Below, one piece after another: positions 50,751 to 59,185 of a DNA stretch of 64,000 nt. The notes under the pieces are model-generated. The model made no database searches and was not told where the DNA came from. It saw only the letters and a list, made by a program, of their open reading frames with translations. The stretch spans positions 388 to 64,387 of the forward strand of contig DVNY01000176.1 in the NCBI GenBank assembly GCA_018714085.1, written 5' to 3'. Numbering within the stretch: position 1 is the stretch's first letter; every line of letters starts with the position of its first letter. The position numbers and the translations under genes were made by a program. This DNA is from Candidatus Caccomonas pullistercoris (lineage in GTDB: Bacteria > Bacteroidota > Bacteroidia > Bacteroidales > Bacteroidaceae).

Positions 50751-50988
50751 TCCATAACTGTTTGATGAGGACGAAGAGCACGCCGCACCAGCCCAGAATG
50801 CCGAGGCTCCGCATGATGACGCGGCCTGTGCGGACGGCGTCGGCTTGCAGGTAGTCCACCAGCTCGATGCCCAAGTGGATGACGACGTATGCGACGGCGA
50901 AAGTGCACATCCAGACCGCGGAGCGGCTCAGGGTGATGGCGTGCTGCGACGGGAGCGTCTCTTCGTTCTTCTTTTCGTTTTCGTTCAT
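50734..50988 (-). CDS. Small hypothetical two-TM membrane protein
   Basis: 84-aa ORF filling the purM-prfA gap; two hydrophobic segments; overlaps the prfA start by 17 nt. Confidence 0.6.
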   Translation of the reverse strand: MNENEKKNEETLPSQHAITLSRSAVWMCTFAVAYVVIHLGIELVDYLQADAVRTGRVIMRSLGILGWCGVLFVLIKQLWNGRKR

Positions 50989-51033
50989 TGTCTTTTCGTT
51001 TTCGTTGACGGTGTGCCCTGGTCTGTTTCCGGC

Positions 51034-52203
51034 TTAGTAGTGGAACTCGCCGAACTCGCTGCGGATGGTGAGCGAGCGGGGGCCTTCCTCAATGCGGCCC
51101 ACGACCTGCGCGTCGATGTTGAAGCTGCGTGAGATGGCGATGACGCGGTCGGCGTCGGCGGGGCTGACGTAGACTTCGAGCCGGTGGCCCATGTTGAACA
51201 CCTTGTACATTTCGCTCCAATCCGTGCCGCTTTCTTTGGCAATGGCTTTGAAGAGGGGCGGCACGGGGAACATGTTGTCTTTCACTACGCGGCAATTCTC
51301 GCCCACGAAGTGCAGCACCTTTGTCTGGGCACCGCCGGTGCAGTGCACCATACCGTGAATCCGCGGCCGCAACTCGTCGAGCAGCCGCTTCACCACTGGG
51401 GCGTAGGTGCGCGTCGGCGAGAGCACCAGCCGGCCGGCGTCGAGGGGCGAACCCTCCACCGGGTCGGTCAGGTGGTATGAACCGCTGTACACCAGCTCCT
51501 CGGGCACGGCGTGGTCGTAGGTCTCGGGGTATTTCTCGGCCAGGTATTTCGCAAAGACGTCGTGGCGGGCTGAGGTGAGACCGTTGCTGCCCATTCCGCC
51601 GTTGTAGTCCGTCTCGTAGGTGGCTTTCCCGCTTGACGAGAGACCCACGATGACGTCACCGGGACGGATGTGGGCGTTGTCGATGACGTCGCTGCGCTTC
51701 ATGCGGCAGGTGACGGTCGAATCGACGATGATGGTGCGCACCAGGTCGCCCACGTCGGCCGTCTCACCGCCGGTGGCATAGATACCGATGCCCATGTCGC
51801 GCATCTGCGCAAGGAGTTCGTCGGTTCCGTTGATGATGGCTGAGATCACCTCGCCCGGGATGAGCATCTTGTTGCGCCCGATGGTCGACGAGACAAGGAT
51901 GTTGTCCACCGCACCGACGCAGAGCAGGTCGTCGGTGTTCATGATCAGCGCGTCTTGTGCTATTCCCTTCCAGACGGAAAGGTCGCCCGTCTCTTTCCAA
52001 TAGGCATAGGCGAGGCTCGACTTGGTGCCGGCGCCGTCGGCGTGCATAATGTTGCAATACTCGGGGTCGCCGCCGAGAATGTCGGGGATTATCTTGCAGA
52101 AGGCTTGCGGGTAGAGGCCTTTGTCGATGTGCTTGATGGCGTTGTGCACGTCTTCTTTCATGGCGCTCACACCGCGCATCATGTATCTTTGTTTGCTGTC
52201 CAT
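51034..52203 (-). CDS. purM: AIR synthase (phosphoribosylformylglycinamidine cyclo-ligase), Bacteroidetes type
   Basis: HADGAGTKS, MNTDDLLCVGA, GGETADVGD, GMGSNGLT, VFNMGHR. Confidence 0.95.
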   Translation of the reverse strand: MDSKQRYMMRGVSAMKEDVHNAIKHIDKGLYPQAFCKIIPDILGGDPEYCNIMHADGAGTKSSLAYAYWKETGDLSVWKGIAQDALIMNTDDLLCVGAVDNILVSSTIGRNKMLIPGEVISAIINGTDELLAQMRDMGIGIYATGGETADVGDLVRTIIVDSTVTCRMKRSDVIDNAHIRPGDVIVGLSSSGKATYETDYNGGMGSNGLTSARHDVFAKYLAEKYPETYDHAVPEELVYSGSYHLTDPVEGSPLDAGRLVLSPTRTYAPVVKRLLDELRPRIHGMVHCTGGAQTKVLHFVGENCRVVKDNMFPVPPLFKAIAKESGTDWSEMYKVFNMGHRLEVYVSPADADRVIAISRSFNIDAQVVGRIEEGPRSLTIRSEFGEFHY

Positions 52204-52226
52204 TTTTCCGATGGCTATGTGTGTTT

Positions 52227-52817
52227 TTAGAATTCTACTTTCGGGGCTTGTTCGGCGCCGTCTGTGGCTTCGAACTTGTCGCGTTTCTCAAAGCCGAAGA
52301 GGCCGGCGAAGATGTTGCCGGGGAAGCGGCGGATGCTGAGGTTGTACTCTTGCACTGCCTCGTTGAAGCGGAGGCGGCTTTCGTTGATTCGGTTTTCCGT
52401 ACCTTCGAGTTGGGCTTGCAGTTCAGAGAAGTTCTCGTTCGCGCGGAGCTGGGGGTAGTTCTCGGTGATGCGCATCAGCCGGCCGAGGGCAGCAGAGAGT
52501 TCGCCTTGCGCTTTTTGGAATTCGGCGAAACGTTCGGGGGTGAGGTTGTCGGCACTGACTGTCACCTGTGTGGCTTTGGCGCGCGCTTCGACTACGCCTT
52601 CGAGGGTTTCCTTTTCGTGTGCGGCGTAACCCTTGACGGTGTTCACGAGGTTCGGGATGAGGTCGCTGCGGCGCTGGTACTGCGACTCGACGCCGGCCCA
52701 GGCCGTCGTGACGGCTTCGTCGTTAGCTACCATGCCGTTATACTGTATGGTCACCCATCCTGCCAGGAGGATGACGATTGCTCCAATGACGAAGAGCGTG
52801 ATGGTCGATTTTTTCAT
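52227..52817 (-). CDS. lemA: LemA family protein
   Basis: QYQRRSDLIPNLVNTVKGYAAHE, ENYPQLRANENF..LQAQLEGTENRI. Confidence 0.95.
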   Translation of the reverse strand: MKKSTITLFVIGAIVILLAGWVTIQYNGMVANDEAVTTAWAGVESQYQRRSDLIPNLVNTVKGYAAHEKETLEGVVEARAKATQVTVSADNLTPERFAEFQKAQGELSAALGRLMRITENYPQLRANENFSELQAQLEGTENRINESRLRFNEAVQEYNLSIRRFPGNIFAGLFGFEKRDKFEATDGAEQAPKVEF

Positions 52818-52864
52818 ATTGCTGAACGTTTAGGTTGGATATTTATAAGGTCTTTTTATGTAGT

Positions 52865-53800
52865 TCAGAAACTGCCTCCGGCACCACCGCCGCCGAATGA
52901 TCCACCTCCGAACGAGCCTCCGCTGATGCCGCCGAAGCCCCCGCCGTGATGGCCAAAGCCCCCGGCTCTCATGCCGCCGAGGAAGAAGATTGGAGGCAGG
53001 ATGTCGCCACCGTGGAAGCGGTTGTTCGGGTCTTCGTCGCGGAGTTCGGCGTAATGGCAGTGGTCGCACTGGTACGTCACCTGCCGCACGTAGCGACCGT
53101 CGGGGCGACGCACCATCCGGGCGTGGGTGGCGTGGAGTGTGTGATGCCTGCATCGCGGGCAGCGTTGGCCACCAGCCCGTCCGCGACGGTGTGCGATGCT
53201 CAGCGCAAAGAGCAGGAAGAGGAAGCCCAGGGCGATGGCGAGTCCGATGCCTTTGCCCTCGCTCTCGTCGTCGCCGAGTTCGGCGCGCAGCGAGGGGTCG
53301 CCGTAGATGTAGCCGCTGAGGGCGCGTACTGAGGCGTAGACCGCCATGTCCCAGTCGCCGCTTTTGAGGTAAGGAACCATAACGCGGTTTTCGACGCGCT
53401 TACAGATGGCGTCGGGCAAGGTGCCTTCGAGGCCGCGGCCAGTGAGGATGAAAAACTTGCGGTCTTCGGTGCTGATGACGATGACAAGTCCGGAGTTCTG
53501 CTCACGGCTGCCCACGCCGTACTTCTTCGCCAGTGCCATGCCGAAGTCGTACGGGTCGCCGCCTTCGATGCGGCGCACGATGGCCACGACGGTCTCGACG
53601 CCTTTCTCACGTTCGAGGCGATAGAGGAGGGCGTCGGTTGAGTCGACCGCCACGGGCGACATGAGGCCGTCGGGGTTACAGACGTAGCGCCGGGCGTCGT
53701 CAAGATGAACCATGGGCAACGTCTCGGGTGTCCATGCGGCGCGAGCGGCTATGGCGGTCAGACCGAGGATCAGGAGTAGGAGTAGGCGAAGTTTCTTCAT
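52865..53800 (-). CDS. TPM domain membrane protein with Zn-ribbon and Gly-rich tail
   Basis: Signal peptide from ATG 53800; TGRGLEGTLPD; TM helix; CPRC...CDHC; GGSFGGGSFGGGGAGGSF end. Confidence 0.88.
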   Translation of the reverse strand: MKKLRLLLLLILGLTAIAARAAWTPETLPMVHLDDARRYVCNPDGLMSPVAVDSTDALLYRLEREKGVETVVAIVRRIEGGDPYDFGMALAKKYGVGSREQNSGLVIVISTEDRKFFILTGRGLEGTLPDAICKRVENRVMVPYLKSGDWDMAVYASVRALSGYIYGDPSLRAELGDDESEGKGIGLAIALGFLFLLFALSIAHRRGRAGGQRCPRCRHHTLHATHARMVRRPDGRYVRQVTYQCDHCHYAELRDEDPNNRFHGGDILPPIFFLGGMRAGGFGHHGGGFGGISGGSFGGGSFGGGGAGGSF

Positions 53801-53828
53801 GCCTGCGTGAGGATTCTGTAACGTGGGA

Positions 53829-53913
53829 CAAAGATAGTGCAAACGAGCGGAATGGCGGGCGAAAAGCGGTAGGATTTTCGCACAGGCATTCCCGAGTGTC
53901 GCCTTGTCTTGTC
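53829..53913 (-). repeat. Single copy of the promoter-associated element, subfamily B (upstream of TPM gene)
   Basis: CAAAGATAGTGCAAACGAGCGGAATG...CATTCCCGAGTGTCGCCTTGTCTT. Confidence 0.88.
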
Positions 53914-53941
53914 TGCAAGAATGGTCAGGGCGATCGAAAAA

Positions 53942-53999
53942 ACGGGACGGCTGACAGGAAAAACTGTCAGCCGTCCCGTAATTCCTGTCAGCCAACTTG
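53942..53999. repeat. 21-bp-period palindromic repeat
   Basis: 16-bp arms ACGGGACGGCTGACAG-GAAAAA-CTGTCAGCCGTCCCGT; CTGTCAGCC at 53964 and 53985. Confidence 0.8.
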
Positions 54000-54037
54000 C
54001 AGAACGGGGGGTATGACGAGTGGCACCGTTCAGGCCG

Positions 54038-54784
54038 TCAGTCATCGCTGTTCCAGAACGCCCAGCTCGCTTCGGCTTGCAGGTGGAGCATTTCGAGGCC
54101 GTTCTTCACCGCGGCGCCCTGTCCGGCGGCGCGGCGAAGGAAGAGCGTTTCGTCGGGATTGTAGATGAGGTCGTAAAAGAGGTGTCCGGGCGTGACGAGG
54201 CCGTAGGGCAGGTCCGGGCATGCCTCGGTGTGCGGGAACATCCCTAAGGGCGTGCAGTTCACCACGACGGTGTGCGTGGCCATCACTTCGGGTGTGAGTT
54301 CGGCATAACCGATGGCTCCGTCGTGCGGCGTGCGGCTGACGTATTGCGTAGTGAGTCCCAGCTGGTGAAGGCCGTGGACAACGGCTTTCGATGCTCCTCC
54401 TGTGCCGAGCACGAGGGCCGCGCGGTGTGTCGGGCGGAGCAGGGGGCGGATGGAACGTGTGAATCCGATGACGTCGGCGTTGAATCCACGCAAGACGGTC
54501 TTTCCGCCGCGGCGGTCAATCCGGATGACGTTCACAGCCCCGATGGCGCGCGCTTCGTCGCTGAGCGAGTCGAGCAGGGGGATGACTGCCTGCTTGTGAG
54601 GTATGGTCACGTTGAGGCCCACGAGGGTCGGATTGTCGCGCACGACGTCGGGCAGCAGCCCGGCTGTGGGGATTTCGTAGTTCAGGTATTCGGCGTCGAT
54701 GCCTTCGGCCTTGAACTTGCGGGCGAAATAGCCCGCAGAGAAGGAGTGACCGAGGGGATAGCCGATGAGGCCGTATCGTTTCAT
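54038..54784 (-). CDS. aroE: Shikimate dehydrogenase
   Basis: GLIGYPLGHSFS, GLNVTIPHK, IGAVNVI, LGTGGAS, NCTPLGM, DLIYNP, NGLEML; start MKRYG at 54784. Confidence 0.95.
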   Translation of the reverse strand: MKRYGLIGYPLGHSFSAGYFARKFKAEGIDAEYLNYEIPTAGLLPDVVRDNPTLVGLNVTIPHKQAVIPLLDSLSDEARAIGAVNVIRIDRRGGKTVLRGFNADVIGFTRSIRPLLRPTHRAALVLGTGGASKAVVHGLHQLGLTTQYVSRTPHDGAIGYAELTPEVMATHTVVVNCTPLGMFPHTEACPDLPYGLVTPGHLFYDLIYNPDETLFLRRAAGQGAAVKNGLEMLHLQAEASWAFWNSDD

Positions 54785-54810
54785 GGCTGTTGGGGTAAGA
54801 GGATGGGGCG

Positions 54811-55545
54811 TTATTTGGCGGCGGTGTAGAGTGTGCTCAGGCCGAACGTGAAGCGCTTGAAACGCACTTCGCGGAAGCCGGCGCGTTCGAGGATGCCCTG
54901 CATCACTTCGCCTTGCGGGAAGGCTTCCATCGTGGCCGGCAGGTAGCTGTATGCCCGGTGGTCGCGTGAGACCAGTCGGCCCACGGCGGGCATGAATGCG
55001 CGTGAGTAGAGTTTGAAAAGCTGCTTCATGGGGAACCTGTTGGGCGTGCATAGCTCAATGATGGCCAACCGGCCGCCGGGGCGCATGACGCGACGCATCT
55101 CGCGCAGTCCCCGGTCGAGGTCCTCGAAGTTGCGGATGCCGTAGGCTACCGTGACGGCGTCGAACATGTCGTCGGGCAGCGAAAGGTGGAGGCAGTCGTC
55201 CTTGCGGAACGTAATGACCGTGTCGAGGCCTGCGCGTTTCACCTTTTCGCGCCCGACGCCGAGCATTCCTTCGGACAGGTCTATGCCGACCAGACGCTCC
55301 GGACGGAGCATACGGGCGGCGAGCAGGGCGAAATCGCCTGTGCCGGTGGCTACGTCGAGCACGGTCTTCGGACAGTATGGACGCAGCGAGGCGATGGCGG
55401 CGCGGCGCCAACGGCGGTCGATGCCCAGCGAGAGGAGGTGGTTGAGCAGGTCATAGGAGTGGGCGATGCTGTCGAACATGTGTTCAACCTGCTGCCCCTT
55501 GCTGCCTGCGTCGTCGTAGGGTTTTATCTTTTCTTGTTCGTACAT
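54811..55545 (-). CDS. ubiE: Demethylmenaquinone methyltransferase (UbiE/MenG)
   Basis: [38 protein letters not shown]; start at 55545. Confidence 0.95.
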   Translation of the reverse strand: MYEQEKIKPYDDAGSKGQQVEHMFDSIAHSYDLLNHLLSLGIDRRWRRAAIASLRPYCPKTVLDVATGTGDFALLAARMLRPERLVGIDLSEGMLGVGREKVKRAGLDTVITFRKDDCLHLSLPDDMFDAVTVAYGIRNFEDLDRGLREMRRVMRPGGRLAIIELCTPNRFPMKQLFKLYSRAFMPAVGRLVSRDHRAYSYLPATMEAFPQGEVMQGILERAGFREVRFKRFTFGLSTLYTAAK

Positions 55546-55741
55546 GTTAGCGTTGTTGGAGGGACACCGGGCGTCCCGGCAGGCGAAGTTACGACTTTTG
55601 CGGGACACTCGGTCACTGCGAGGGGAAAAACTGTCGGCCGGACGGGTTACGCAGGCGGTTCGGGCGTGAGGACGAAAAAGCCGGTCCGGCTTGTGCGCGC
55701 AGGGCGGACAGGCCGGACCGGCTGTATGGGTGGGGCGGGAG

Positions 55742-56686
55742 TTACTTCTGCAAGTAGTCCTTGACGTTCTTTTCGATGCGTTCGGCCAGGTTGGCGTGTT
55801 CCTCCTTGACGAAGGGTTCGCCGGTGATGTGCTCGTAGAGCTCAATGTAGCGGTTGCTGATGCTTTCCACTATGGCCGGTGTCATTTCAGGCACTGTCTG
55901 TCCTTCTTTGCCTTGGAATCCGTTGTCCATCAGCCATTCGCGGACAAACTCCTTGGACAGCTGTTTCTGCGGCTCGCCTTTGGCAAAACGTTCCTCGTAG
56001 CCTTCGCTGTAAAAGTAGCGGCTTGAGTCGGGCGTGTGTATCTCGTCCATGAGATAGATCTTGCCGTCGTGTTTGCCAAACTCATACTTCGTGTCGACGA
56101 GGATAAGTCCGCGTTTTGCGGCGATTTCGGTGCCGCGGCGGAAGAGGGCGAGCGTGTATTTTTCGAGCAGGGCGTACTCTTCGGGCGTAGCGAGGCCACG
56201 GGCCAGGATTTCTTCCTTCGAAATGTCCTCGTCGTGCGCGCCGATTTCTGCTTTGGTCGTCGGCGTGATGATGGGTTCGGGGAAGCGCTGGTTTTCTTTC
56301 ATTCCTTCGGGCAGGCGGACGCCGCAGATTTCGCGGACACCGCTCTTGTAGGCTCGCCATGCGCTGCCGCAGAGGTAGCCGCGCACAATCATTTCGACGG
56401 GGAAGCCTTCGCAGCGGAGGCCGACTGTCACCATCGGGTCGGGGGTGGCGAGCTTCCATGTCGGACAGATGTCGGCGGAGGCGTCGAGGAATTTGGCCGC
56501 AATCTGGTTCAGAATTTGTCCCTTGTACGGGATGCCTTCCGGCAGTATGACGTCGAAGGCCGAGATACGGTCTGTGGCCACCATGACGAGGCGGTCGTCA
56601 CCAAGGAAGTAGACGTCGCGCACTTTACCGTGGTAGACGTCGGTCTGCCCAGGGAAGTGGAAATCAGTTTTAGTGAGTGTGCTCAT
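55742..56686 (-). CDS. purC: SAICAR synthase
   Basis: [42 protein letters not shown]; start at 56686. Confidence 0.97.
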   Translation of the reverse strand: MSTLTKTDFHFPGQTDVYHGKVRDVYFLGDDRLVMVATDRISAFDVILPEGIPYKGQILNQIAAKFLDASADICPTWKLATPDPMVTVGLRCEGFPVEMIVRGYLCGSAWRAYKSGVREICGVRLPEGMKENQRFPEPIITPTTKAEIGAHDEDISKEEILARGLATPEEYALLEKYTLALFRRGTEIAAKRGLILVDTKYEFGKHDGKIYLMDEIHTPDSSRYFYSEGYEERFAKGEPQKQLSKEFVREWLMDNGFQGKEGQTVPEMTPAIVESISNRYIELYEHITGEPFVKEEHANLAERIEKNVKDYLQK

Positions 56687-56721
56687 TGTTGTGGGTAGAT
56701 TAAATATGTTTGTCAATATGT

Positions 56722-57165
56722 TTATCTGTATGAGAAAGCGCCGTTGCCCACTGGAAGTGCTTTGTAGCGATTGTAGAAGCACTCCATAATTTTACTTTCC
56801 AAGTCTTTGCTCTCCTCGACGCCGGAAACGGGCAGGTAGTAAGCGTCGCAGCCAAATGCCTTGGCGTAGTAGTAACGTCCGTATTCCCATCGGGAGAAAA
56901 AGTCGCTTTGCGTCTCTTCGCAGACAGTGAGGTATTTATTTGAATGTTCCCGGATGCGACGCCGGAGATTGTCGCTCTTTCCGATGTAAAAGACGCGCGA
57001 ATTGCCTTTCGGGTATACGAATTTTTGGTCTTGACTGACGAAAATGTAAACTCCCCGTTTGGGTGGAACGGCGGCGTATCCGTCAGGTTCCAATGCGTCT
57101 GGCAGGAATGAGAAGCGTACTTTACGTGCAAAGGCCGATAGGAAAGAGAGATCTAGCTTGTGCAT
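56722..57165 (-). CDS. Stand-alone GIY-YIG nuclease family protein
   Basis: GVY...[15 protein letters not shown], helix Glu (DLESKI) and C-terminal PVGN; start abuts the phoH stop (TAAATG). Confidence 0.85.
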   Translation of the reverse strand: MHKLDLSFLSAFARKVRFSFLPDALEPDGYAAVPPKRGVYIFVSQDQKFVYPKGNSRVFYIGKSDNLRRRIREHSNKYLTVCEETQSDFFSRWEYGRYYYAKAFGCDAYYLPVSGVEESKDLESKIMECFYNRYKALPVGNGAFSYR

Positions 57166-58140
57166 TTATTTGTCGGTTTGGTCTGTTCCTTTCTCTTCCT
57201 TGCGCTGCCGTGCGTCCTGTTCGTAGGCTTCGACGATGCGGGTTACGAGTTTGTGGCGTACGATGTCCTTTTTGTTCATCTCGATAAAGGCGATGCCCGG
57301 CACGTCGCGGAGGATGCGCATCGCCTCAATGAGGCCGGAACGCTGCGACGGCGGGAGGTCGATTTGTGTCCGGTCGCCCGTGACGATCATCTTGGTGTTC
57401 ATTCCCATGCGCGTAAGGAACATCTTTATTTGCGCGGATGTCGTGTTTTGCGCCTCATCGAGGATGACGACGGCGTCGTTGAGCGTGCGGCCTCGCATAA
57501 AGGCCAGCGGGGCAATCTGTATGATGTTCGTGTCGATGTATTCTTGGAGTTTGCCGGGCGGTATCATCTCTTCGAGCGCGTCGTAGAGCGGTTGCAGGTA
57601 CGGGTCGATCTTCTCTTTCATGTCGCCGGGCAGGAAGCCGAGCTTTTCGCCAGCTTCGACGGCTGGGCGGCAAAGGATGATTTTCTTTATTTCCTTGTTC
57701 TTCAACGCCCGGACAGCGAGGGCGATGCCTGTGAACGTCTTTCCCGAACCGGCTGGGCCGACGGCAAAGACCATGTCGCTTGTTTCGTAGGCTTCGACCA
57801 TACGCCGCTGGTTTTCGCTACGTGCGGTGATAGGCCTGCCCCCCGTGCTGTACACGATGACGCCAGTGGAGGCTTCTTTGCCGGTATGTTGTCCGCGTAC
57901 GATGTGGAGAATGTCTTCTTCGGTGAGCGAGTTGAACTGGGCGCAGTGGCGTTCGAGGGCTGTGAACTGTTTGGCGAATGCGGCGATGTCGTCTTCGTCG
58001 CCAATGACGCGGACCACGTTGTCGCGTGCCGTGATGCGCAGTTTGGGGCTCAGGGCGCGCAGCATGCGCAAATTGGCGTTTCCGGCACCAAAGAAGAGCT
58101 GCGGGTCGGCTTCTTCAAGTATAAAGTGTTTATCGATCAC
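57166..58140 (-). CDS. phoH: PhoH family ATPase (PhoH-like/YbeZ)
   Basis: GPAGSGKT, RPAVEAGEKLGFLPGD, PLAFMRGRTL, LDEAQN, VRHKLV; GTG start. Confidence 0.96.
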   Translation of the reverse strand: MIDKHFILEEADPQLFFGAGNANLRMLRALSPKLRITARDNVVRVIGDEDDIAAFAKQFTALERHCAQFNSLTEEDILHIVRGQHTGKEASTGVIVYSTGGRPITARSENQRRMVEAYETSDMVFAVGPAGSGKTFTGIALAVRALKNKEIKKIILCRPAVEAGEKLGFLPGDMKEKIDPYLQPLYDALEEMIPPGKLQEYIDTNIIQIAPLAFMRGRTLNDAVVILDEAQNTTSAQIKMFLTRMGMNTKMIVTGDRTQIDLPPSQRSGLIEAMRILRDVPGIAFIEMNKKDIVRHKLVTRIVEAYEQDARQRKEEKGTDQTDK

Positions 58141-58156
58141 TCTTCGTAATTTTCCG

Positions 58157-58207
58157 CAAATTTAAGCAATCCCTACGAAAGGATACCCTCTTTTTTGACT
58201 ACTTTTG
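58157..58207. promoter_or_regulatory. Divergent -7 boxes for phoH (minus) and the DUF5715 gene (plus)
   Basis: TAAATTTG on minus (58157-58164) and TACTTTTG on plus (58200-58207) within an 89-nt gap. Confidence 0.7.
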
Positions 58208-58229
58208 CGCCACGTTATGACGAAGAAGC

Positions 58230-59039
58230 ATGAGACAACGTTTTTCATTCGGGAAAAAGCATTTTTTATATACGTTCGCGGCGGTTGTATTTGTACTGGC
58301 TTTGGTGAAATGGATCTGGATTATCCCAGGAAGCAAGCCTGCCGAGCCGCCCAAGCCTGTGGCTGCGGTGGAGCCTGATTCGATTGTGCGGCGGAGTGCG
58401 GCCAACGACACGCTGGTTTCGGACAGGCGGAACCGGGTGCGCCTTGTCGGTGCGGACGGAATGCCTGTGCGCAACCGGATTACGAGTGTGTCGAGTTTCC
58501 GCGACTGTTTCCCTGACCTGAATGACATCCAGCTGGCCACGGCGCAGCGCCTTGGCGTCAAGCCAGTGAAAGACAGGGCCGAGGCCGCACGCAACAAGGA
58601 GGGACTTGTCTATGTGGGCGACAACCCGTTCTTTCACGTGCAACCGCTTTCACATTCAATACCTTACCTCGTGCCCCGTGCGGCGAACCTGCTGACGCAT
58701 ATATCGAGGGCTTTCCTCGATTCTCTGTCTTCGAAAGGTGTTCCTTTTCACAAACTGATCATTACGTCGGTCTTGCGCACGGAGGACGACGTCACGCGGC
58801 TGCGCAACTTCAACACAAACGCGTCGAGCCAGAGCTGTCACCGCTATGGAACGACTTTCGACATCAGCTATAACCGATACGTCACCGTGGAAGACCCAGA
58901 CGGGCCCGAACGTCGCCGGGTGCGCAACGACACGCTGAAATGGATCCTCTCGGAGGTGCTTTATGACCAGCGGATGCTCGGAACGTGTTATGTGAAGTAT
59001 GAGGTGAAGCAGGGATGCTTCCATGTGACGGCGCGCTGA
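58230..59039 (+). CDS. DUF5715-like protein (peptidase M15/LAS-fold-like)
   Basis: N-terminal TM anchor; PYLVPRA, ITSVLRT, SCHRYGTTFDISY, CYVKYEVKQGCFHVT. Confidence 0.78.
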   Translation: MRQRFSFGKKHFLYTFAAVVFVLALVKWIWIIPGSKPAEPPKPVAAVEPDSIVRRSAANDTLVSDRRNRVRLVGADGMPVRNRITSVSSFRDCFPDLNDIQLATAQRLGVKPVKDRAEAARNKEGLVYVGDNPFFHVQPLSHSIPYLVPRAANLLTHISRAFLDSLSSKGVPFHKLIITSVLRTEDDVTRLRNFNTNASSQSCHRYGTTFDISYNRYVTVEDPDGPERRRVRNDTLKWILSEVLYDQRMLGTCYVKYEVKQGCFHVTAR

Positions 59040-59062
59040 GCCGCCCGCCCGTTGCGTGACGG

Positions 59063-59124
59063 CTTTCAGGAAAAACGGTCGCAGTGACAGAAATTTCTGT
59101 CACTGCGACCGTTTTTCCTGAAAG
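59063..59124. repeat. Perfect 62-bp palindrome between convergent genes (21-bp repeat family; may act as a terminator)
   Basis: CTTTCAGGAAAAACGGTCGCAGTGACAGAAA followed directly by its reverse complement. Confidence 0.92.
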
Positions 59125-59185
59125 GGCATCCGTGTGCAGCGCGTCGGCTCAGTGCATTGTTTGATGCCGGCGCGGGGGCTGCGTG

